From: Elusimicrobiota bacterium
Lineage (GTDB): Bacteria; Elusimicrobiota; Elusimicrobia; F11
DNA: 64,000 nucleotides
Assembly: GCA_044221725.1 (NCBI GenBank)
Contig: JBGAON010000002.1
Coordinates: 96,001-160,000, forward strand
Reading direction: 5' to 3'
The position numbers and the translations under genes were made by a program. Under the pieces are notes generated by a model that was not told the origin of the DNA, ran no database searches, and worked only from the letters and a program-made list of their open reading frames with translations. Shown piece by piece: positions 57,001-64,000 of the stretch. Position 1 is the first letter of the stretch. Each line of letters opens with the position of its first letter.

Positions 57001-60000
57001 GAAAAATTGAAAGAACGGTGCGGTCGCCCATTGTCCCAATGGCCGCAGCGTGGTCAAAAGGCCGCCGGTGCTGGAGAAATCGTCTTCTTCTGGGCCTTCC
57101 CATCCGCTTTTGATGGCAAGTTGTGTCGCATCAATCAGCCACGTATGCGCAATATCGCGCAAAGTCGCTTTTGCATTTTGAAGGTCGCGCAATTCCACGT
57201 CTGTAAAATTGTTGTTCGCCGTGCCATAGGTCAGGGCTTCTTTAATTCTTGGTAGGCTTTCTTCTGCAATCCGATTCCATAAAAACAGGAGGTTCACCAG
57301 CCAATGGCGCGCCGTTGTATCCAGTTTTTTCGCGCGTTCTTCGGCCATCAGGATAGAGATAGCCATGGAAGCAATCAACAACTGCTCTGCCATGTAGGCG
57401 ATTTCTTTTGAATCTGTTTCCGGATTGAAACCACGCGCATTCCAAAATTCGCTTTCGAGTAATTGGGAATAACCATACGCGTCCACTTCATCCAGAAAAC
57501 GTGCGACGGGCGCCTTGCCATCGGTAAACCAAGGATCAAAAGGAATTTCCTTTTCTCCGTGGTGCATTCCAATGTCCGACATTTTCCGGATTACGGTGGA
57601 CAGATTATGCCGCCCTTCATGAACCAATGTGGACGCAATTTGAAGCGCTGTTAAACTTGCCGGATTGATCTTAATGACTCCCGATCGATTCGTTTCACCG
57701 TGCGATGGCAAGTCGGGATCGACAAGAATATTCGTTATTGCGGTGAGACTTTCCTTAATATAAGTCCGCTCGTGAAGAGGATCGGGTTGTTCCATTAGCA
57801 TCTTGAGAATTTCACCGGCTTTTTTGATCTTGTCGATATCGCGTTGCGAAGTGTCGGGGCCGTATTCAACCTGCAACAGGGGTTCGTTGAACGGCAAATA
57901 AAAGAATCCTGCCGGACCCCAGTTCTGTTTTCCCTTTAAGGCATTTGCGACGATGAGATTCAGCTGGTAAATTTTTGTTTGCCGATTAAAGATTTGCGTT
58001 TCGGCGCGTTGCATCACGTTTAAAAATTGATTCGCTTTCTTCCAGAAATACGAACCCAATAGATGATGCAGTTGATTTATTGGTAACGCGAGCACCGGTG
58101 CGAGAATTTGTTCAATAAACCTGTCGACGATCGGTTTAAATACCGGGTCGACGGTTGGAGCCTGCTCAATTACTCGGCGCGCGTGGTCCAAACGCTCCAT
58201 GATAAACGGCTCCGCTAGCTTCACTTGCGGATCTTGTTTCGCGAATTCAAGCCAGTCTTTTTTTCGGGTGGCGATCATTTTCAGCAAGTCGGCGCGGTCT
58301 CCTGTATTCTCAGGGATGGAAGCGACGCGCCAACCGAATGTGAGCGCGAACGCGTTGTAGAAAGCATGTGCGATGGTGTTTGCGAGATATCCCACCCAGA
58401 GCGAATGCGGGGAATCAATTCCAAAATAGAAAGAGGGAAGAATGGTGAGAAGCGTGAGCACGTAGCCGACGAACGCCGGTGGCGCGCGCATTCCGTGCGC
58501 ATTCGTGAACGCGCGCGCTTTTTCGCGGATCCATGGAAGCGCGAACAAAGCGGCAGCAAGCTTCGGTGCAACGACATGAACGGTATTGTCGCTCGGAACC
58601 ATTCCAATCGGCACGAGGCTCAACGAAAGCAACATTCCGATAAGGCCAATCATCGCGATACGCGATGACGCGGTCGGCAAGAAATACGTCAGCTCCACTC
58701 CCGCGGCCCCGAAAATCGTGTGCAGCACGTAATATATTTTGCCCGCCAGCGTGCCGTTAAGGAATTTGCCTCGCGCCCACGCGTCGTTGATCGAGGCGGG
58801 GGACACGAGAGTTGGGTTGTATAAGATAGCGTTCCGTTCCAATGGCTGGCGCGGGTCGTCGGCGGTCTCTTCCAATATGCGCGCGACATTGAAGTGTTTG
58901 ATTTTTGCGATTGGGAAAGCAATTGACGGAAGAATTCGCAGAAGTTGGTGCGACTCGGCATCCCAGATGCGGGTGGTCTCGTCAGCGCTTTGGGTCAAAA
59001 TGAGTTTTCCGTCCGGGCTGAACGCCGCGCCTCGAACACCGGCCAAGTGTCCTTCCATTTTCGCGATCAAATGACCATCGGTCGCGTTGAACAACCGAAC
59101 CGCTGTATCGTCGGCTCCGCTGGCAATCACATATTGGCCATCGGGGCTGAACGCAGCGGCGCTGATCCAGAACTTGTCCTCTGTTAAACGCAGATCTTTC
59201 TCGCGCCCATGTCTGTGCATTATGTAGGCCGTTTGATCCCAACTCGCCGCCAAAACACGCTCGCTATCCGGGCTGAAAGCAATGGCTGAGATCGTGCCCA
59301 TGGGCCCATTCAATACGTTGAGAATCTCACCCGTGTCCGTATCAAAAACGCGAACCGTGCCGCTTTCGGATCCGCCAATGGCGATCATCTTTCCATTCCT
59401 GCTGAACGCAACGGCATGGAGGGGCCACTGATTTTTGAACGCCCAGATCTCTTTTCCGTTTGAAACATTAAGAATGCGTAGCGTGCCATCGTCTCGCCCG
59501 ACGACGGCCACTTTTTTTCCGTCGAGGCTAAACACTCCGGCACCAAAACTTCCGAAATTCCCCGTTAGTTCAATGGTTGCGTTCCCAGATGGGTCAAATA
59601 TTGGGGCTGGATTGATACGATCGGCCAATAGGCCAAACCGCCCGTCAGGACTGTAGGAAACATGCTCAAACGTCTGCGAATGCCCTCTCAGCATTCGCAA
59701 TTGCTGGCCTTGATGCGCATCCAATATTCGGATGGTGCCATCCAGACTGCTGGTAACAATCTGTTCCCCGTTGGCAGTGAAATTGACTGCGAATAAATCA
59801 GCCGAATGGGTGGTCGGAATTCTTCTGTATTGCTCGCTTCTAAGATCAAACAGGTGCACGTCATTGTACGGGCCGACCGCAGCGAGCGTCTTGCCATCGG
59901 GGCTGAGCGCAATATCTCGGATTGGACGCGGAGGATCTGTGTTCCGCACAGAAATAATTTGACTCTCCGATGTGTCAAACACGATGATTGTGCAGTTGCT

Positions 60001-63000
60001 CGCTACACTGACCGCTATTTTATTTTCAGAATCGAATGCGACCGCTGTCACTCGTTCGGACTGCCCTCTTAATACCGCGATCGCTGGGCCGCCGGAAATT
60101 CGAAAAATTCGTGCGGTTCCAACCCCGTTTCCGGTAATTACGTATTCGCCGTCGGTACTGAAAGCCACGGCGTAGGTTTCGCCGCCGTTTGCGTCCAAAA
60201 TTGCGGTGACATTTCCGTCGGATGTCGAAAAAACTCTCGCCGTTCCGTCTTGGCTCCCCGTGGCGATTCGGTCTCCATTCGGACTAAACGCAACGGCATT
60301 AACGCGAAACGAATGTCCTTTCAAAATTGAATGTATCTTTCCTGTTGCGAGTTCGAACACCACAACGTTTTTCCCGAGAGGAACCGCAATCAGTTTCCCA
60401 TTGGGAGAGACGTTTTTCATGACCGGCTGCAGGTAGGCGCGGTAATCGTTAATCGTTTCGACGCGCGGCGCGACATTGTCCAGTGCCGCATCGTTTTTCT
60501 TTCGGGAATCTTTCGACATGTTCGCCGTGGCGGCGATCCATTTGAAAATGGATTCCATCGGCAGTTCGCGCAATTGTGTCGCTTGCGTTTCTAATAGATG
60601 GTTCACAGCATCGACAACTGTTCGCTCCGCCTCCGGATCGTTGTTAAGAGCCGACACAATTGCGGCCAACGTTTCAAATTTGCTCTGAAGGTGTGCCGCC
60701 GCAGAAAAATCAATGGAAGTAGAAAATCGTTGCAGCAGCAACTTCGCGAGTTCTTCTTTGCCTGGTTCCAGCGGGGAAGAGATGTCATTTAGCAGTCCAA
60801 CGGCATTTAAAATTGCCCGTATGCTTTTCGGCTTCTTGAGCTTCTGAGCCCGACCGACTAAGCGCGCCGTGTCCTCGGACGATTTGATAATTACCAGAGA
60901 TCGTGGAGTTGCGTACGGGTCCGCTTCCAAACCAAAAGATTCTTTTACGGTTTTTCCGACGTTCTTTTTATCATCGGACGTATCGAGATAACAGATAGCG
61001 ATGGTGAGCCCGGTAGCGTCGTACGAGAATGGATGTGTCACTTTTTCGGCTACGTCAATAAGAGCATCAGGAAAGTCTCTTTCAAACCCCCCGAACCGAA
61101 GATGAGCATGGACAACGGCGAAGTTTGCGTTGACGGGCGCATCCATTGTGCCGACAGATCTCTGAATTGGCGAGACCAGATACAGTTCCGTGGTTTCCTT
61201 TTGTTCATTTTCAACACGAATCACGGACGTGTGTGCGGGATCGAGACCGAACCTCACGAAAAGTTCTTCGCTGAGAAATTCCGCCATGTTTGCATCGGTC
61301 ATGCGCGCCGAGATGATTCCCTGCCCCGCGAGTGCGCGCACGTGTTCGATTTCCAAAAGTTGACGGATCGCTTCGAATGCACTCGCGGTAGGTGACCCGT
61401 TCGGCCTTTTTGTCTCTTTCATAGCGAGCAGCGCCTCTGGGGAGGAGCCCAATTCCGTGAAGCCCGCCAAGTCCATCCATACAAGAAAATCGTCCGCGGT
61501 AAGAATTGCGGCCTTCTCCAATTCCGCCCGCTCGTTCGCGAGAGGTTCGGAAACCTTTCGCCAGGTTGCAAAGAACGGTGTAAGTTCGTGGGCAAATGGG
61601 AACCGCGAGCCTAACGATACCGTGTCGAGCGTTGCGAGTACTTTCGTCGTAATGTCGCCGGGCTTCAGATATCTTTTTGCCGCATTGTACAGTCGAATGC
61701 GTGCGTCAACATTTGCAGGAAGCGCTCCTTGCAGGACGAGCAATCCAAAATAATCTTCGACTTCGGGATTTCTTAACTCACTGAGAAGCTCCTCTGGCGC
61801 ATCGGTGAGAAGTTTTCGGGCGACTGTTTCTGGTGATTCGGCTGCGGTTTCCACTTTCGCCTCATTTCTATCGATGTAACGGGTCAAATCGACGTACACA
61901 AACTGGCTGTCGTTGTGAATTCCTTGACCGGTGAAACCCTGTCCGCTTAGCTCAAGCAGGTGTCTCGCGCTTATTTCGCGTAGGTTGGGGATTAGGAGCG
62001 CGCGGTATCCTTTTTCGGCCAGAAGCGTGAAGAGTCGACTGAAAAACAATTTTTTCGGGGACCATGTGCGATCGTCCATTGGTTGATAGATGAAATGGTC
62101 GGAGGTCTTTGTAAGACTTCCGTGAGCGAGCCACAATTGCTTTCCAGGTTCGTCCATTCGCTCACCGTATCGATTCAACGGTAAAGGAATTGGAATTTGT
62201 GGCACTTGCAAATTTAAATCGAGGAGCGTGCGTTCTTCGGCTGTCTGGTCAATTTGAAGAGCGTAACTCGAAATAATTGGCAGCGTGTCCGTCGCGGTTG
62301 GCGGCGCCGCCGCAAAGTGGGCCATTGAAACTTGTAATTTAAAACCACCGGCGATTGTGTAGGACCGAAATATCCGGAGCAGTTGGCTTGCATCCTCAAA
62401 AGACAGTGTTGGGTTTTTTGTAGGGGCGTATTTTTCTCTCAGTAGTTTCATGAACGCTTCGTTGTCGATGATGGTTTTGTCGTCAGCGGCCGACGCCGTG
62501 GGCCATCCAAAAAAAAGTGCGAATGCATTGTAGAGAGCGTGTCCCGTGTAGTTTGCGAGATAACCCCAAAGAGCGTGGGGGGAATCAATTCCGGAATAGA
62601 AGGAAGGAAGAATCGTGATGCCGGCGAGCACGAGTCCAACGAAGGGTGGCGGTGCGCGTAACGGGTGAGCGGCCGTGAACTCTTTTGCCCGATTTCGGAT
62701 CCACGGGATGGCAAAAAAAGCGGCGGCAATTTTAACCGCAATCACGTCAAAACCATTGTCGCTCGGAACGATCCCGAGCGGAATTAGGCTTAGCGATAGA
62801 ACCATTCCGACAAGCCCCAGCGTACCCATCCGCGATGACGCGATCGGTAGGAAATACCTCAACTCCACCCCCGCGGCCCCGAAAATCGTGTACAGCGCAT
62901 AATAAATTTTCCCACGGACAGTGCCGCGGAATTTGCCATGAAAAAACGTTTCGCGCGCCCACGTGTCGTTGATCGAGGCCGGTGGAAACGTGGTCTTCGC

Positions 63001-63999
63001 AATGATTTCTTCGAGCAGTGAGCGGCCGCTTGATTTTTGCGCTGCCTCATCCAAAATCTGATTCAGAATTGACTCGTTGGCTCGTCTCTGCTGTTCGAGT
63101 TCGACGCGGTAACGGTCCGCGCGTGATTGCGCGAGCACCGTTGCGATTTCGGTATCCGACATTTTGTTGATGATTTCCGTGGTTCGTGTAATCCGTGCGG
63201 CCTCCGTCTCAACTTGTTGGCGCAGCTTTCCAACGGATTCCATCAGTTCACCTTTATACCGCAGCACGCTTTGAAGCAATTGTTTTCTTTTGCGGTCGTA
63301 ACGGTCCTTTTCTCTCAGGTGGTGCGCTTTTCTGTCGGTGTTCTCTTCGTCTTGCATGTGTGTTTGTTCGTTCTCCGCAAGTTTGCGGTATTTTTCAACA
63401 AGAATTGTCTGGCGGTCGGCAATGGCTTTATGAAAAGAAAAAAGCGTCCGATAGGCGGCGTTGATTTCCTCAATATCGAGTCGGAAACCGTCGAGATAAC
63501 TTTTGTCTCCGGGTTTGTCTTTGAGCGTTCCGCTATGCAATTCTCGTAAAAGGGCGTCAACGCGGTCCGCTCTCGGCTTTGAAAGATGGCGTTTCAATTC
63601 ATCTTTTTTAATGTGAAATTCCAACACGACCGTCGATGATCGAAGCTTTTCATAGTTGGTCCAAAACTCGTCAAGCTTTGCTTCCCATTCGTCCAGCCGA
63701 ATTCTCCAGTCACTCAATTTTTTATCGTCGGATTCGTCGAGGCTGTCATACGTGGCCTTCGGAAGAGTTTCAAGCGTCGGTATGCTGTTAATGTGGTCCC
63801 GCACAATCTGATGGCGCGCCGCTACAGCTCTCTGCGCGGACTCCAGTAGATAAAGCGTTGCTTCGCTTATGATCTCTGTCGCGGCGTTTCTACCGTGAAG
63901 AACAATGGCGTCGGTGACAGGGTCGGCAGCGGCATCGGACGGGGGGGCAGCATTTGCCGGGTTAAGAGTCTGTTCCAGTAGATTATCGAGCATCGTTTT
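54088..63999 (-). CDS. Giant multidomain membrane protein (at least 3301 aa, probably 5'-truncated) with 12 WD40 repeats, an HExxH domain and four CPBP-like membrane modules
   Basis: Uninterrupted frame; codons upstream of ATG 63993 (ACG, AAA) are open to the window edge; WD40 array ~58945-60412; VHEGRH at 57607-57624; internal repeated hydrophobic modules. Confidence 0.9.
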   Translation of the reverse strand, partial: KTMLDNLLEQTLNPANAAPPSDAAADPVTDAIVLHGRNAATEIISEATLYLLESAQRAVAARHQIVRDHINSIPTLETLPKATYDSLDESDDKKLSDWRIRLDEWEAKLDEFWTNYEKLRSSTVVLEFHIKKDELKRHLSKPRADRVDALLRELHSGTLKDKPGDKSYLDGFRLDIEEINAAYRTLFSFHKAIADRQTILVEKYRKLAENEQTHMQDEENTDRKAHHLREKDRYDRKRKQLLQSVLRYKGELMESVGKLRQQVETEAARITRTTEIINKMSDTEIATVLAQSRADRYRVELEQQRRANESILNQILDEAAQKSSGRSLLEEIIAKTTFPPASINDTWARETFFHGKFRGTVRGKIYYALYTIFGAAGVELRYFLPIASSRMGTLGLVGMVLSLSLIPLGIVPSDNGFDVIAVKIAAAFFAIPWIRNRAKEFTAAHPLRAPPPFVGLVLAGITILPSFYSGIDSPHALWGYLANYTGHALYNAFALFFGWPTASAADDKTIIDNEAFMKLLREKYAPTKNPTLSFEDASQLLRIFRSYTIAGGFKLQVSMAHFAAAPPTATDTLPIISSYALQIDQTAEERTLLDLNLQVPQIPIPLPLNRYGERMDEPGKQLWLAHGSLTKTSDHFIYQPMDDRTWSPKKLFFSRLFTLLAEKGYRALLIPNLREISARHLLELSGQGFTGQGIHNDSQFVYVDLTRYIDRNEAKVETAAESPETVARKLLTDAPEELLSELRNPEVEDYFGLLVLQGALPANVDARIRLYNAAKRYLKPGDITTKVLATLDTVSLGSRFPFAHELTPFFATWRKVSEPLANERAELEKAAILTADDFLVWMDLAGFTELGSSPEALLAMKETKRPNGSPTASAFEAIRQLLEIEHVRALAGQGIISARMTDANMAEFLSEELFVRFGLDPAHTSVIRVENEQKETTELYLVSPIQRSVGTMDAPVNANFAVVHAHLRFGGFERDFPDALIDVAEKVTHPFSYDATGLTIAICYLDTSDDKKNVGKTVKESFGLEADPYATPRSLVIIKSSEDTARLVGRAQKLKKPKSIRAILNAVGLLNDISSPLEPGKEELAKLLLQRFSTSIDFSAAAHLQSKFETLAAIVSALNNDPEAERTVVDAVNHLLETQATQLRELPMESIFKWIAATANMSKDSRKKNDAALDNVAPRVETINDYRAYLQPVMKNVSPNGKLIAVPLGKNVVVFELATGKIHSILKGHSFRVNAVAFSPNGDRIATGSQDGTARVFSTSDGNVTAILDANGGETYAVAFSTDGEYVITGNGVGTARIFRISGGPAIAVLRGQSERVTAVAFDSENKIAVSVASNCTIIVFDTSESQIISVRNTDPPRPIRDIALSPDGKTLAAVGPYNDVHLFDLRSEQYRRIPTTHSADLFAVNFTANGEQIVTSSLDGTIRILDAHQGQQLRMLRGHSQTFEHVSYSPDGRFGLLADRINPAPIFDPSGNATIELTGNFGSFGAGVFSLDGKKVAVVGRDDGTLRILNVSNGKEIWAFKNQWPLHAVAFSRNGKMIAIGGSESGTVRVFDTDTGEILNVLNGPMGTISAIAFSPDSERVLAASWDQTAYIMHRHGREKDLRLTEDKFWISAAAFSPDGQYVIASGADDTAVRLFNATDGHLIAKMEGHLAGVRGAAFSPDGKLILTQSADETTRIWDAESHQLLRILPSIAFPIAKIKHFNVARILEETADDPRQPLERNAILYNPTLVSPASINDAWARGKFLNGTLAGKIYYVLHTIFGAAGVELTYFLPTASSRIAMIGLIGMLLSLSLVPIGMVPSDNTVHVVAPKLAAALFALPWIREKARAFTNAHGMRAPPAFVGYVLTLLTILPSFYFGIDSPHSLWVGYLANTIAHAFYNAFALTFGWRVASIPENTGDRADLLKMIATRKKDWLEFAKQDPQVKLAEPFIMERLDHARRVIEQAPTVDPVFKPIVDRFIEQILAPVLALPINQLHHLLGSYFWKKANQFLNVMQRAETQIFNRQTKIYQLNLIVANALKGKQNWGPAGFFYLPFNEPLLQVEYGPDTSQRDIDKIKKAGEILKMLMEQPDPLHERTYIKESLTAITNILVDPDLPSHGETNRSGVIKINPASLTALQIASTLVHEGRHNLSTVIRKMSDIGMHHGEKEIPFDPWFTDGKAPVARFLDEVDAYGYSQLLESEFWNARGFNPETDSKEIAYMAEQLLIASMAISILMAEERAKKLDTTARHWLVNLLFLWNRIAEESLPRIKEALTYGTANNNFTDVELRDLQNAKATLRDIAHTWLIDATQLAIKSGWEGPEEDDFSSTGGLLTTLRPLGQWATAPFFQFFTGEKMTTTDYNRWAAPAFENILVGIAVFVMTAQFGYDFNTANIFAWSVFALLHPFERAVILAFHKFFGTKFHAPPAYNSMAALIVAISGILFGSTIFSFVQQTNIAVFLTVLSSAAPHFLVNRKDPLRDQQLKNIETALLERLINTTFAPQLLDQIANQSIEHRRIPTDIRENWINPIVGNTDLSKKEMLMLLNNVRTKLNENVETPVVALLKDANHHVEFKEAFIGPVIIYLDNNQSARSIDASNKYEFVPIENDQIKLTRHVTGERIVQIEDGQASEFFDEPISAGAHPRESTFGLGEKFYFANQRSIMVTKEKGFFIATIVDEQSADGTMVRLNRPRVPDNVRLAHRAVAGKPVRLLTTRYSQWLHMKFSGKQFKTNGKTVVMNGPLSQNDISSSLTSHDALAVNADGIIYFAAAANILTVPPHIAAAARIEKKTRRRINNDGEMVASTKVKLFIRIDPDKGFSFQYEESEFVLHHKENTYLVQMQADGSCYVALIRPGKSAVLANMHSGQVLFAGESLELDSSVTLMLNPRGSNSVTPDMRPLFVVSNIPSVDPNAESVTPAPVEIEFNASPYPILYSAVERAKKNNSSGTGGLLFTLRGGVLWLFPSLGPTTYNRMVAPFLENAFVFLVVCAFVNLGMDFKTANRFAWSLFAALHAAEYFLIPWINRRYGKQFSEPRFTNSVFATLIAVFAIYSSTLVIPGDAKTYRYFGFNTMLSHYFANNLLHADESARQRPKYAQADAELLAHLVSAISKKDRAAALRLLAPHVEQYGLNEVLNRWEKNAEKRTFRSELRQQLPNMSPESADLYAPALTAVIIEAFGLVTPAPATTKATEYIFQGTENAQSIAAGMLITGLTKPTVWLIKDNAHTKEHYEKIKNALALLGARIEIKTYKEEKEAGIKFNIFDPESVHDQQLPSGVTSAKDVRFVLSGDMHVHVPNADILELKNLIPRVEDIERTVRLVLQSA
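54820..57075 (-). repeat. Internal repeat B of the giant gene (copies 56635-57075 and 54820-55228)
   Basis: Both encode SS(G)TGGLL.TLR...YNR..AP..EN...G.DF.TAN.FAWS.FA.LH..E...G..F..P...NS..A...A...HxxxN. Confidence 0.88.
58318..62988 (-). repeat. Internal repeat A of the giant gene (copies 62491-62988 and 58318-58803)
   Basis: Both encode PASINDxWAR...GKIYY..TIFGAAGVEL.YFLP.ASSR...PWIR..A..FT.AH..RAPP...ILPSFY.GIDSPH.LW.GYLAN...HA.YNAFAL.FGW..AS; similarity is also visible at DNA level. Confidence 0.92.
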
Positions 64000-64000
64000 G

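Noticed and set aside
1..64000. CRISPR array, rRNA, transposase or prophage genes
   Set aside because: No regularly spaced direct repeats with unique spacers and no recognisable cas, rRNA, transposase or phage motifs were seen.

Overview
A 64-kb chromosomal segment from a diderm bacterium (TonB-dependent receptor, LolA-like carrier). The pilin style, gene order and giant multi-membrane-module gene suggest Elusimicrobiota, but this is inference and was not tested. Left part (1-16.7 kb): hemerythrin-fold protein, tRNA-Pro(TGG), MscS, a degenerate glycogen-synthase/DUF4912 fusion coupled to a GH57 branching enzyme, type III glutamine synthetase behind an ANTAR-like attenuator, a cobalamin riboswitch-btuB-cobO unit, a probable GH161 glucan phosphorylase and a pilin. 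Middle (16.8-36.3 kb): core run rimP-nusA-infB-rbfA-DHH-truB-ribF-rpsO-pnp-accB-ftsK-lolA-rodZ-pgsA-pgpA, a RelE/ParE toxin-antitoxin insertion, recA-xerD and a thiolase. Right (36.4-64 kb): a tightly coupled MoxR/DUF58/VWA/DUF4159/DUF4175-type operon containing three GT-C glycosyltransferases and carrying in-frame palindromic repeats and a 280-bp tandem duplication, then a convergent gene of at least 3301 codons that is open at the window edge. Strongest leads: (1) the giant protein alternates soluble domains (12 WD40 repeats, an HExxH domain) with four membrane modules that each keep CPBP/Rce1 intramembrane-protease-like motifs, suggesting a self-processing polyprotein; (2) xerD has no canonical start before its conserved first helix and is reachable by a -1 slip on an A7 run at the recA stop; (3) the glycosyltransferase-loaded MoxR operon; (4) the ANTAR-like glnA leader; (5) palindromic repeats translated inside genes. 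No CRISPR array, rRNA or transposase was seen. All family calls come from motif recognition by eye, not from database searches.
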